Positions 1-10,341 of a stretch of DNA of 64,000 nucleotides are shown here, one piece after another. Location of the stretch: assembly GCA_964632315.1 (NCBI GenBank), contig CAZWEM010000004.1, positions 1 to 64,000 of the forward strand. Reading direction: 5' to 3'. The notes under the pieces were generated by a model, which worked only from the letters and a program-made list of their open reading frames with translations, did no database searches and was not told the origin of the DNA. Origin of the DNA: an uncultured archaeon. GTDB taxonomy: Archaea > Asgardarchaeota > Lokiarchaeia > Sigyniarchaeales > SOKP01. The stretch's first letter is position 1; each line of letters starts with the position of its first letter. The position numbers and the translations under genes were made by a program.

Positions 1-1
1 T

Positions 2-148
2 TCAATAATTGGGGGAGAAAATGGTTCAATAATCTTGCATGAATTAGACCAAAATAGATTATTAGCAATAGCTGTTCCCGAAGCGGATGAGAAAAAGCTT
101 GGAACTTATCTTGTGAAAATTAAAACCATAATTAAACAAGGAGTTTAA
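2..148 (+). CDS. 3' end of a gene cut by the window edge; possibly a Roadblock/LC7 (LAMTOR2-like) domain protein
   Basis: Open frame from nt 2: SIIGGENGSIILHELDQNRLLAIAVPEADEKKLGTYLVKIKTIIKQGV*. The beta-beta-beta-helix pattern with KLG..L resembles a Roadblock C-terminus. Not in the ORF track. Confidence 0.45.
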   Translation, partial: SIIGGENGSIILHELDQNRLLAIAVPEADEKKLGTYLVKIKTIIKQGV

Positions 149-155
149 AAAAAAA

Positions 156-1166
156 TTATAAATGAAATTCGGTTCCAACCATTCCTAAAGTGTGAGCTGG
201 GTGCCTTGACATTAAATTATTAAATTCAAATCCCGTGCAATGCATTCCACAAATAATTTCAGGATTTAACTCTTCAAAATATTTCACTTTCTCCTCAATA
301 ACAGAAACAGGATTCCATTCTTCATGAAATCCACCTATTACTGCGTAAACTTTTTCTACTCCAGTAAGTTTTTGACCGTGTTTTATCGTGTTTACTATCC
401 CATTATGTCCACAACCAGTTAACACTACTAAACCTTTATCTTTTATGTTAAAATAAATCGAAGTTTCATCCCTAAAATAATGTTTTTCAAACTCTTTTCG
501 GCTTTTCATTATGTATATTCCTTTAGTAAGTTCATTTTCATCGAATAACTCTATTTCTCCACTGGTCGTGATACCTTTATAGAGTTGAAGAGGTTCTTTA
601 GTCTCAATTATCTTTATTTTATGTTGATCTGCTAATTTTTCAACCATCGATTTGCTAAATAATGGTAATTTTCCACTTAGCTTAAGTTTACCTTGCTTTT
701 CAAGTTCTTTAATAGAATCTGCTAAATTTGATGCGGGTATTTCGATGCCATCACTGGTAACAGCAGAAAAAAATTGTTGATAGCAATCGGGGTTTAAAAT
801 TAATTCAGTTCCCTCACTTAATTCGGGGATCACGCTTGGAAACGCTCCAAAGTGGTCGAAGTGGCCATGACTTAAAATCAGCTTTTCAACGTCTTTAAGT
901 TCAATATTGAATTGTTTACAATTGTGAATGATTGCTTGTGCTAATCCACCAGTATCTAATAGAAACATCCGTTTTTTTTCTCCTTCATCTATTTGAATAC
1001 TCATAGCAAACCCATGTTCTGCTATAGCACTATTTACGCTTCTACCAGGTTGAATTACTTTACCATCAAATCGATCTTCAGTTAATTTGGTTATGCTCAC
1101 TTCATTTGTGGTTAATACTTTTAATGTTACTTTGCCACTTTCTATTTCCTCAATCATATAATTCAC
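156..1166 (-). CDS. MBL-fold metallo-hydrolase (7,8-dihydropterin-6-yl-methyl-4-(beta-D-ribofuranosyl)aminobenzene-5'-P synthase-like family)
   Basis: AEHGF, LLDTG, LSHGHFDHFG, TGCGH.G, GGFH and MHCTG motifs. Confidence 0.85.
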   Translation of the reverse strand: MNYMIEEIESGKVTLKVLTTNEVSITKLTEDRFDGKVIQPGRSVNSAIAEHGFAMSIQIDEGEKKRMFLLDTGGLAQAIIHNCKQFNIELKDVEKLILSHGHFDHFGAFPSVIPELSEGTELILNPDCYQQFFSAVTSDGIEIPASNLADSIKELEKQGKLKLSGKLPLFSKSMVEKLADQHKIKIIETKEPLQLYKGITTSGEIELFDENELTKGIYIMKSRKEFEKHYFRDETSIYFNIKDKGLVVLTGCGHNGIVNTIKHGQKLTGVEKVYAVIGGFHEEWNPVSVIEEKVKYFEELNPEIICGMHCTGFEFNNLMSRHPAHTLGMVGTEFHL

Positions 1167-1205
1167 TTAATAATTTTTATATTGAATAATTATTCAAGTT
1201 GTTAT

Positions 1206-2453
1206 TTATTTTTTTTGAATTATTTCATTTATTTTTTCTATAATTTTTAATGCTTCGAAATAAGATTCAGCAAAAGATGAAGCTGTAAATAAGACCGAAC
1301 ATACGGGATCATTTCTCTTAAGATTACTACTAGGTCTAGATTTATCATGGATATTTGAAATTGAATTAATTCTCCTAATCATATCTTTTGATACATCAGC
1401 AGGAGCAAAATAAATCAATTTTGTTGTAAAACTTTTACTTTTCACGTTTTTCAATTTCATTGTGATAGAATCCCATTGATGTGGATCAAAACTCTGGACA
1501 TGCAGATCTAATAAATTGAGATTCATGCTACTTTCAGAAGCCCGAATAGAACCTGGAATCCTGGGATTTATTTCCATAAAATATGGTTTATGATCTTTAA
1601 GTACAAAATCAAAACCATTGATTCCTTTTAAATTTAGCTCATCAGACAGTCTTAATGAAATTTCAGTAATATATTTAGCATCAGATGGAAGAAGATTAGC
1701 AGGAACAATATTTCCACAATACATGAATTCTTTGGGGGGATTGCATAATTTTTCACCAATAATTTGCCGGTTTACCGAAATTAATTCGCTGCTTTTACCA
1801 TTGGATATCACCGTGCAACTAACGGGAATTCCACTTATATATTCCTGTAATTGCCAATCGGTGAGCTCTGGGTCTCGGATTTTGACTAATTTCATTCTGA
1901 AATGAAAGGAATCAGGAGAATCTATTTTAAAAACATTCAATCCTCCAGAGCTAGTTCTTTTCTTGAAAATAAAGGGATATTGCAGATCAACAGTTATATT
2001 AGGAATATATGAATATGTGGATGGATAAGGATATCCCCAATTTTTAAGCAATTCGTGAATTCTAGAAGTGTCTCTTGACTTTTTAATGACACTGATTTCA
2101 TTGTTTAAGCTAATTAGTTTTGGATTTATCTTATGAAGCCCCTCAAACAATTTTTCTCTCTCATCATATGCATCATCTAATCCACTCGAGATTATAAAGT
2201 ATCGTATTGATGGATTTTCTTTCAGCAACTTAATTGCAAAGCTGATTAAAAAAGTACGATATTTTTCTCTGAGATATTCATATCCTGCTTCAATTTCTTC
2301 AGTTATTATTATCGAGTCCTTTACTAAAGGATATAAATCGAGATCTCCGAAAAAATCTACAACAAATACTTCAAATCCAATTTGTTTTAAGGAATAAACG
2401 AGTGGAAGTGTATTGAATCCGATAACCAATATTGAACTTGAGGTCTTTTCCAT
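1206..2453 (-). CDS. ATP-grasp domain protein (type linked to C1-carrier cofactor synthesis)
   Basis: VDFFGDLD N-terminal motif; QEYISG, YCGN, GINGFDF and EINPR motifs. Confidence 0.8.
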   Translation of the reverse strand: MEKTSSSILVIGFNTLPLVYSLKQIGFEVFVVDFFGDLDLYPLVKDSIIITEEIEAGYEYLREKYRTFLISFAIKLLKENPSIRYFIISSGLDDAYDEREKLFEGLHKINPKLISLNNEISVIKKSRDTSRIHELLKNWGYPYPSTYSYIPNITVDLQYPFIFKKRTSSGGLNVFKIDSPDSFHFRMKLVKIRDPELTDWQLQEYISGIPVSCTVISNGKSSELISVNRQIIGEKLCNPPKEFMYCGNIVPANLLPSDAKYITEISLRLSDELNLKGINGFDFVLKDHKPYFMEINPRIPGSIRASESSMNLNLLDLHVQSFDPHQWDSITMKLKNVKSKSFTTKLIYFAPADVSKDMIRRINSISNIHDKSRPSSNLKRNDPVCSVLFTASSFAESYFEALKIIEKINEIIQKK

Positions 2454-2538
2454 TATTTAAATTAACATACTAGAATATAAAGACATTTTTAAAAACCAAA
2501 AATCTTTTTTTCTGTGCTTAATTTTTTCAATAATTCTC

Positions 2539-3858
2539 ATGCAGTTAAGCTTAAGATTCAAAAAACAGTCTGCAATACCAAAGGAACAAATGTTTACATC
2601 AGATTTCAATTCAGTGATATTCATCGTGTTATGGAATTCACTGGGATTCTTTTTCATTGAATTCATCATGAATTATTTAATATATATTGTTTTAGGGTAT
2701 CCTGCTTACAATGTTGGATTATTTTTTTCCTTTATCACTCTCGGAGGATTAATTAGCAATAGTTTTATAGGATACTTAACAGATCGCTTTTCTAAACGAA
2801 TATTGGTTATGTTAGGTTCCTTTGGAAGAGGGATCTCTTATTTTGGATTATACGTCTCTATCATATTACAATCATTAATTGGCATGTACATTAGTGCATT
2901 TCTCCTAGGATTAGGTGCAAATGCTTTTTGGAATCCATTAGATGCCATCATTTCTGAAAAATCTTCAAAATATCATCGATCTTCTGCCTTTGGTAAACGA
3001 AGATTTGCCCTAGGAATGGGAATGGTTCTTGGTACCGTTGTAGGGTTTAGTATATTTAGCATGGCAAATTTTTTTACACCTGATAATCCATTTTTAGTCT
3101 ATGGTGCTATTCCTTTATTCGGTATATCCAATTTTTATGCAGGTATTCAATTCCTAAGAAGAGTCGATGAGAATAAAAAGTTTGAATATGCGGGAGAACA
3201 AATTGAGGCAAAAATTCAATCTAATTCAGTATTATTAAGCAAAACCTCAAAAAGAAATCTTAATACCATCTATTTTTTAGGAATCATCGTTTTATTCTCT
3301 GGATTTTTTTCAGCATCAATTAATTCGGGAATTTACAGACCTTTCATCCAAACCTATGCCCTTACTAATATTGAGACCAATGCTGAATTAGTAGCATGGT
3401 TTTATTTACCAACATCCCTCCTCGGGTCATTAATTGCTCCTAAATTAGGTACCTTAGCAGATAGATTAAACACATATAAAACGATTGCTATAGCAAGTTT
3501 AGTTGGAGGATTTGTGACATGGTTTATCATCAACTCCGCAAATTTGTGGATATTTGCAATTTTATTAGTAGTTGATAATACGATTATGTTAACAGTTAGT
3601 TTTGTATTTATTAATTTTCTAAGTCGGCTTTCTGTGAAACATAGGGGAAAAATTTTTGCCGCCATCGGCATTTTCGAATCAATTGGTATGATAATTGGCC
3701 CATTTTTAGGTGGTATCGTCTGGGAAACAATTAGCCCACAAACTCCCTTCATAATTTCGATCATTGTGGAGTGGTCTTTAATTCCCTTATTTATAGTAGG
3801 AATGAGGTTATTAAGCCCTTATCTAGTTGAATCGATTGATGAGAAATCTAAAAGTTAG
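2539..3858 (+). CDS. MFS transporter (true start may be the Met at 2590)
   Basis: About 12 hydrophobic segments; motif A twice (GYLTDRFSKR, GTLADRLN). Confidence 0.85.
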   Translation: MQLSLRFKKQSAIPKEQMFTSDFNSVIFIVLWNSLGFFFIEFIMNYLIYIVLGYPAYNVGLFFSFITLGGLISNSFIGYLTDRFSKRILVMLGSFGRGISYFGLYVSIILQSLIGMYISAFLLGLGANAFWNPLDAIISEKSSKYHRSSAFGKRRFALGMGMVLGTVVGFSIFSMANFFTPDNPFLVYGAIPLFGISNFYAGIQFLRRVDENKKFEYAGEQIEAKIQSNSVLLSKTSKRNLNTIYFLGIIVLFSGFFSASINSGIYRPFIQTYALTNIETNAELVAWFYLPTSLLGSLIAPKLGTLADRLNTYKTIAIASLVGGFVTWFIINSANLWIFAILLVVDNTIMLTVSFVFINFLSRLSVKHRGKIFAAIGIFESIGMIIGPFLGGIVWETISPQTPFIISIIVEWSLIPLFIVGMRLLSPYLVESIDEKSKS

Positions 3859-3873
3859 AGTCAAGTATTAATT

Positions 3874-6113
3874 TTAAAATATCCTTTTTAATTCCAACAT
3901 TAATCTGTCGGGATTATATCTATCAAATTGAAAGATCTCTGCTTTTCCAAATTGCTTGAAATTCTCTTTTATTTTATCAGCTGCAATCGTGTTAACACCC
4001 AAAGAACGTGTAGCATAACTCTTTTTAGGCTCTAATACCACAATGTGAACTCCCTTTTTCGAAAGTTTTTTAGTCAATTCTTCGAGTTCTTTAATGATTA
4101 TCCGATAATCTTCTTGTACTTGTGCTACTAAATCTGGATATTTTACAGAGATATTTGCGCCTAAATCAGAGCAAATAAAAATGACAGGAATAACATTCCT
4201 ATTTTTTAATTTCTCTGCATTTATCAATTTTTCACATTTTTTCAATGCTGCGGCCATTGGAGTATAAGATTTTCCCTCAATTTTTTTCAGTTTATTTATT
4301 GCTGTTTTAAACTGTACAGTAGGTTTCTGAAGAATATATGCTTCTTTTCCTCGAAATATTATCAAGCTTATTTTATCCTTCTTTCTATATCCTTCTTTTT
4401 GAAGCGCCATTATGGCATCAGACATCTGCTTTATAACATAATACATGGATGCAGAACTGTCCAAAACAAAGAATAAAACTAACGGGGCTCGGTATTCGTA
4501 GATTTTATCCATTAAATCGTATTTATCAAATTTGAGAGGATATTTGATATCAGATTGATTATAGACTGTATTTTTAAGATAATTTCGAATCGTGGCATCT
4601 AGTGCAATGCTTTTTGGTATTCTTCGAGGTGTTCTATATGATACATACCTTCCTTTCTGACTTGATGCAATTTTAATTCTTCTTCCAATCCCACGACCTC
4701 CGTAATTTGAGACTTTTCTTTCTTTTCTAATGTTATCCAAGATTGAAGTCATCTTTTTCTCCATTTTATATATTAATGGAAGAGTATCGACACCGTTTTC
4801 AAAAAAATTAATATCAAGTTCTTCAATTGGAATATCCTTAACCTTCCATCCACCCGCGGGAGCGGGACTTCTTTTCCTATTATCAGGATATTTAGGTGGC
4901 GGTAATTTTTGTTCTTTTGTTTCAGGAACATCCACTTTTTTAGGATCAACAGATTGTCGCTTGAATTCTTTTTGCGGAGTATCATCATGTTTAAGAGGAC
5001 CTTCAGTGTCTTTATTAGGCTGATAGACTTTAGGATCCTCATAAGCTTTTTCAATCTTCCCATAGACTTCTGCTATTTTCGCTTTAACTTCTTCAGGAGT
5101 CATCTCGTAGTGCAATGATTGAATTCGATGCTCGAATACGAGGTCCAGAGCTACTTCGAGATCCGCTTCTATTACGCTTTCTCTCCCTTGATATGCAGCG
5201 TGTGCTCTCACGCACCTTATGAACGTAATATCTGCTCGTTGGGAAAAAATACCAAGTTCATTCACTATTTCAGAAACAAAGATATAAACTGATTTCGGGA
5301 TCTCCACCTTTTTTAGTAACTCTCTTGCTCGAATGATTTTATGTCTTAATTCTTCTTGCTGTGTCTCGTATTCCTTAATAAATTGTTTTGGATTATCGTC
5401 GAATTCAATTACTTGTCTCGTGATTTCAGCTCGAAGTTTTGAATCGCGTGGTGCTTCAATTTTCACTTCTAAACCTAAACGATCAGCGATCTGTGGCCTT
5501 AGTTCTCCCTTTCCGAACCCTAATTCGATATGAAAGTAGGATCTTCGGGGTTCATACTTCCGACCAATACAAATCGAGATGGATGTGATACTGAAATCCC
5601 TTCACGCTCAATAATATTTACACCTGATGCTGCCGAATCTAATAGAACATCAACTATGTGATCTTGGAGTAAATTTATCTCATCGACGTAAAGTAATCCC
5701 CTATTAGCTTTAGCTAGTAATCCCGGATGGAGACTACGGATACCTTCAGTGAGAACTTTATCAATCGAGAGAGATCCGCAGACCATATCTTCTGTTGATC
5801 CTAATGGCAAATCTATTATACTCATACTTCTCTTTTCTTTCTCAATTTCCCCTTTTCTTAGCTTTATCCGGCAAGTATCACATAGATCCTCAAACTCTGC
5901 GTTGGGATCACATGAAAATAAACATCCTTTAACTACTTCTATTTCTGGCATCATTTCGGCTAAACTTCGTACTGCTGTTGATTTACCCGTTCCTTGTTGG
6001 CCAGTTAATAACACTCCTCCGATTTGAGGATCAATAGTATTCAATAACAATCCCAATTTCATCTTATCTTGACCAAGAATAGCTGAAAATGGAAAATTAA
6101 TCTTTTTAACCAT
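3874..6113 (-). CDS. ChlI/ChlD-type (Mg/Co-chelatase-like) AAA+ ATPase with Pro/charged linker and C-terminal vWA domain; predicted join(5543..6113, 3874..5510) = 735 aa
   Basis: Exon 1: FPFSAILGQ, Walker A GQQGTGKST, LLAKANRGLLYVDEINLL, GSMNPE. Exon 2 resumes EGELRPQIADRLGL. vWA MIDAS DSSASM and TPMA. Exon lengths 571+1637 = 2208 nt, 736 codons including stop. Confidence 0.85.
5511..5542 (-). other. Candidate 32-nt BHB (tRNA-endonuclease-type) intron in a protein-coding gene
   Basis: Minus strand CC-CCGA-AG^A-TCCTA...TAGGG-T-TCGG-AA^A-GG. Central 4-bp helix CCGA/TCGG; cutting after the 2nd nt of each bulge gives CCC GAA GAG GGA GAA CTA (PEEGEL). Confidence 0.75.
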
Positions 6114-6190
6114 AACAATTTAGCAGAAATATTCATTCATAATAAAAATTATCCTTATAAACAAATTATTACAAATAGGTTTTTATTTTG

Positions 6191-8695
6191 CTAAATTGAA
6201 GAATAATATTCTTTAAAGTAATTCATCATCTGAACGGCAAGTATTCCTCTCTCTGTAATTTTATAGAGTGGTTTATTCCCTTCTTGAGTAATTTTTACGT
6301 AATTCCTAATTAAATCAAAATTTCGTCGAAAATATTTCTTTACAGTATTTCCGGAAGAATAACCTAAATAAGTCGTCAAATCATGGTTACTTACTTCTTT
6401 CTTTAATTTTGAGCATTCCCAAACTGCAGTTAAATATGTATATAAGCTATCTGTCACCTTTTTTGGTTTGTCTAACGGATTTTCTAGTTTAAAATTTATT
6501 TTAGATATCGGAGTGAATTTTTTTATAGCCATTTCATAATTATATTTGACTTTTCTGATGATTTCCTTGCTATCATATATTTTATCTAAAACCCTTAAAT
6601 ATTTCTTATTGTGAAGTACAGTGTGACAATTAGAACATATAAAACCGCCATCCTCCTTTTTGAGTATTTCTACTATATCAGAACAACTAAGATGTTTTGA
6701 AATTCTTGAAGGTTTAATAGATTTGTTCTTTTCATCAACGTGATTAAATTGGAATGAAGTTAAATGATTTTTAGTATCAAATTCTCCACAAATATGACAT
6801 TTTTCCCCATATATCGATTCTATTATATATCTCTTTTTTAATAATTTTGCAATCTCAACTCTAACGTTATCTTTTTTCCTATAATCGAAATCTTTTGTTT
6901 TTGGATGACTATCAACACATATCCTTATTATGGTAAAAATTAATTCTGATGTGAGAAGAAAAATATCTTTAGGAAAGTTATTGGGAATATTTCTCCAAGA
7001 AATCAAATGTTTAAAGAAATTAAAATATTTATAAGAGTGAATATCATGATGGTTCCCACATAAAAGTATGACTTTTTTTGATTCCATTAAGTTAATTAAA
7101 TTCTCTAAAAAATTAGGATTATTGCGATTGGTTCTAAACATATGATAAAGTCTATTAGCTGAGTAATTCCTTTCTTTCCTTGATTTCGTATGATGTAATT
7201 CCAAAGCTTTCAATTTTGAAATATCAGTATTTAGCTTAAATCCAGATTTTTTACATTCAGGACATTTTCCAATTTCTTTCTTAGAATATAATCCATTGTA
7301 TATGTTTTTTATAATATAGATTTTGATTCTACTTCCAACTATCCTTCTATATTCAGCTTCTTTTTCATAACCCTCTTTTAGTGTCAATCCCTTCCTGCTA
7401 TATTCATTGATTGAGAAAAAGTATGGAAAATTTAACTTTAATATATTATAAATATCTATAACATAATCGTAAAAGTAAACAAAATCTAAGGAAAAATTAA
7501 TATCTTGTTCGTATAAATCTCTCGCAAGATGCTTTATAATTATTCTTGCTTTAATCTTTTTATGAATACTATATGAAACGTGTATAAACTTAATAAATTT
7601 TATTAAATCTCCAAAGAATTTATCGAAATCACTTGCTTGGTATATCAAAATATGATTAAGTAAATCGAGTTCATCTGAAGTAAGATCTTTTATTGAACTC
7701 AAATTATCTCTAACTTTATATTTTAAATTTTCAAGGATTTCAAATTCATCAAGATCATTTAGGATATCTTGAAAAACGATAACAGAAATCGAATCTCTTA
7801 TTTTAGCAAAACCAAAGTGAGACGTAATTGATTTAGTTTGAAGTAAGGACAACATTTGTTCAATATCTTTCTTATTTACATCTTTGGTTAATCCTTGCTG
7901 AAAGAATCCTGAATAGGCAGAAAATATTTCGATTGTAAATAAATCTGATTGAAATTCTGTCTGTGTCTTACTAATTAGCAAAGAAGTTGTTCTTAAATTT
8001 AATACCATATCATATCTATATTTTAATTTCAGATTATTTTCTGCTTCCGTCTCAAATTTTATATTTGAGATTTTTTTTAAATTTAGTTTCATCCAATCTT
8101 GTAAAATGAAATTTGAAGTATTTGATAATGGTTCTAAATCAAGTGTCTCAACTAACTCTTCTGATTTAAATCGAAATTCTTTAAGATAAAGAGTATATTC
8201 CTTAACGAGTCTCTGCATTCCTTGCCTGAGCATTCCATAGCGATCTTTTTTATCAGAGTTAGAGTTCAATTCCTTTCGCTGCTTTCTATTTAGCACTTTC
8301 ATGTAAGCATTAGACAAACCATCAAAATATCTTGAGACTAAATCTATTCCTCTTCCAAAAGGATTGCTATACATCCATAAATTGACAAATGATATTAGTC
8401 CATTTGGATCCTCCTTCTTTATTTGATCCAAAAGATCTTCGGGAGGTAAGCTCGAAATATCAAACATACATGCATTCACTCCCGTGAGAAATCTTCCTAT
8501 AAATTCATCGATAAATACCAATGGAAGGTGATGTTTTTTACATTTGGGATACTTTCCAAATCCAAAAAATTTAAATTTCAATGGCTTAACTCGTTTAATG
8601 TACTTACAGCTAAATTGAGGGCATATAGCGATCCGTTCTTCCTCAAGATCCTTTCGTTTAACAGAACTCGTAAATGAATTCATTTTTCTAACCAC
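6191..8695 (-). CDS. Large Lys-rich protein with N-terminal Zn-finger, two HNH-like (beta-beta-alpha-Me) Zn-binding domains and a C-terminal winged-helix-like segment
   Basis: CPQFSC..CKKH; CPEC...LELHH...LLCGNHHDIH; CHIC...FQFNHV...ICSNCHTVLH; C-terminal YKITERG wing motif. Confidence 0.6.
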   Translation of the reverse strand: MVRKMNSFTSSVKRKDLEEERIAICPQFSCKYIKRVKPLKFKFFGFGKYPKCKKHHLPLVFIDEFIGRFLTGVNACMFDISSLPPEDLLDQIKKEDPNGLISFVNLWMYSNPFGRGIDLVSRYFDGLSNAYMKVLNRKQRKELNSNSDKKDRYGMLRQGMQRLVKEYTLYLKEFRFKSEELVETLDLEPLSNTSNFILQDWMKLNLKKISNIKFETEAENNLKLKYRYDMVLNLRTTSLLISKTQTEFQSDLFTIEIFSAYSGFFQQGLTKDVNKKDIEQMLSLLQTKSITSHFGFAKIRDSISVIVFQDILNDLDEFEILENLKYKVRDNLSSIKDLTSDELDLLNHILIYQASDFDKFFGDLIKFIKFIHVSYSIHKKIKARIIIKHLARDLYEQDINFSLDFVYFYDYVIDIYNILKLNFPYFFSINEYSRKGLTLKEGYEKEAEYRRIVGSRIKIYIIKNIYNGLYSKKEIGKCPECKKSGFKLNTDISKLKALELHHTKSRKERNYSANRLYHMFRTNRNNPNFLENLINLMESKKVILLCGNHHDIHSYKYFNFFKHLISWRNIPNNFPKDIFLLTSELIFTIIRICVDSHPKTKDFDYRKKDNVRVEIAKLLKKRYIIESIYGEKCHICGEFDTKNHLTSFQFNHVDEKNKSIKPSRISKHLSCSDIVEILKKEDGGFICSNCHTVLHNKKYLRVLDKIYDSKEIIRKVKYNYEMAIKKFTPISKINFKLENPLDKPKKVTDSLYTYLTAVWECSKLKKEVSNHDLTTYLGYSSGNTVKKYFRRNFDLIRNYVKITQEGNKPLYKITERGILAVQMMNYFKEYYSSI

Positions 8696-9339
8696 CTCTC
8701 TTTTTGTCTTTCAGAATTTTGATTAATTACTTTTTTTTGAGTTACTTTCATTACTGAAATTTCTTTCTCAAGAATCCTATAATGTTCTTTCAATTCAAGG
8801 AAATATTCACTAAATAATGGAAAAATGAGGTGTTTAATTTCGCAAGCTATATTCGCAATGATTAAAATGCGATTAAAAAGTCGGGGATAATGTTGTACTT
8901 CGAGTTCGGATAATATATGAAGCAGTTCCCAAATTTTGTTAATTAACTTGGAAATTTCCAATAACTTCTTGCTCTCCTTACTTTGGGAATTTTCAAGCGT
9001 CTTAAATATGAGGTTATTGATTTCGTTGGATAAATCTCCTTTTAAGAGAGGTGGATTCTTTAATAAGGATACGAGTTGAGAGGAGCTTTCATTTAGGGCT
9101 CTTTCATATTGTCTGACTATAGTTTCTTTTGGATAAGTATAAGCAATTTGATTTCTTGAGAATCTCAAGTACAATATTGATTTTTTATAATTTAAAAAAG
9201 TGCGTAACTGCCGGGATAATTCAAAAATTTGATTCTTTCCTTCAATTGAATACCATTCAAGAAATTCATCGTCTTCCTCATATTCAAGGTAAGGATAAAC
9301 ATTCTCAAAATTAATATTATTATAATTTTCAAGGTCCAT
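8680..9339 (-). CDS. Hypothetical helical protein overlapping the HNH-like gene by 16 nt
   Basis: 219-aa ORF on the same strand; the overlap suggests co-transcription. Confidence 0.6.
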   Translation of the reverse strand: MDLENYNNINFENVYPYLEYEEDDEFLEWYSIEGKNQIFELSRQLRTFLNYKKSILYLRFSRNQIAYTYPKETIVRQYERALNESSSQLVSLLKNPPLLKGDLSNEINNLIFKTLENSQSKESKKLLEISKLINKIWELLHILSELEVQHYPRLFNRILIIANIACEIKHLIFPLFSEYFLELKEHYRILEKEISVMKVTQKKVINQNSERQKERWLEK

Positions 9340-9435
9340 ACTTTAATTCTGGACCAGTATATTTAAAGAACAAAATTTGAATTTTTTTGAATAGATCACA
9401 AATAAATTTTTTAAAATAAAAAAAAAGAGGAAAAT

Positions 9436-9789
9436 TTATTCCATTTTACTTCTTTTAATTATAAATAGGACTAATGCCATAACTCCTCCGACAATACACC
9501 AAATGATAGCAAACAAGTACCACGCCATCGTAACGCCTGGTAGAAAAGGATAGAATATCCAGAGAATCACCAACACGATGACCCAGATGATTCCTATTAA
9601 TTTCTCGTTTTTCTTAATCTCTGCCATGAAGAAAATAGTGCCCATAACACCACCAAGTATAGACCATCCTATCGCCACCCACATCCAGAAAAAAATGTCA
9701 CCGGGTAAAAAGGGAAAAATAACCTATAGAATTATTAATATAATTAACCAAAAAATGCCTATTGTTTTTTTAACTTTTACATCTATCAA
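9436..9789 (-). pseudogene. Small 4-TM membrane protein made of two internal repeats, with an in-frame TAG at 9724-9726
   Basis: Frame extends to TTG at 9789. Repeat 1 KTIGIFWLIILIIL*VIFPFLPG aligns with repeat 2 KLIGIIWVIVLVILWIFYPFLPG, and the stop sits where W is expected. Confidence 0.7.
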
Positions 9790-10027
9790 TTTTCATCAAT
9801 TAATTTGATTCTTAAGATTTTAAAGAATAAAATCATAAAAACGATTTATTGGAAATTTCGATATTTTCGCTATTTACTTGATTTATATACATAGTTTTAC
9901 ATTGATACTTCTAAAAAAATATTGATATAGGTTTCCAGATAAGCCTATCTTAGCTTGATTATCAACTAAAGGTAGGAAAAATATCAAATCTTAAGTTAAT
10001 TTATAAAATTTATCTAATATCTTTGAT

Positions 10028-10228
10028 TTAGGGGGTTTTCTCTTCAGAAGAACTAGTTCCAGTCCATCGCTTATAATTTGGAATTTCTTCTTTGTTGACA
10101 ACTTGAACTGGATGACCGGAGTGTAGTTTTTCAAACGCATTTATTTCCTGATTATTAAGATAATTATTCTCAATAATTGGAACATACAGTTGGCATTTAA
10201 AACAAGCTTTAACCCTCATAAATATCAC
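10028..10228 (-). CDS. Small putative Zn-binding protein
   Basis: CFKC ... H.GHPVQ pattern in a 66-aa ORF. Confidence 0.6.
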   Translation of the reverse strand: MIFMRVKACFKCQLYVPIIENNYLNNQEINAFEKLHSGHPVQVVNKEEIPNYKRWTGTSSSEEKTP

Positions 10229-10341
10229 TTCCGGCAGATCTATTAGTTAACCAATTGAATTTAGAACTTTTTGATATTTAAGTTTTTACTTATTTGTTAT
10301 GAAATTGGAATGTGAGTTTCAATTGAAAATATACGAATGAT

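Noticed and set aside
5511-5542. Programmed ribosomal frameshift, intein or IS footprint as the explanation of the insert
   Set aside because: A frameshift would add about 10 residues inside an invariant motif. The insert is far too short for an intein and has a stop codon. No clear target-site duplication is present.
3874-6113. Two separate genes (chlI-like plus chlD-like), as in the ORF track
   Set aside because: The break falls inside the NPEEGELRPQ motif, and the second half of the motif lies upstream of the called GTG start. Neither ORF has a complete AAA+ module.
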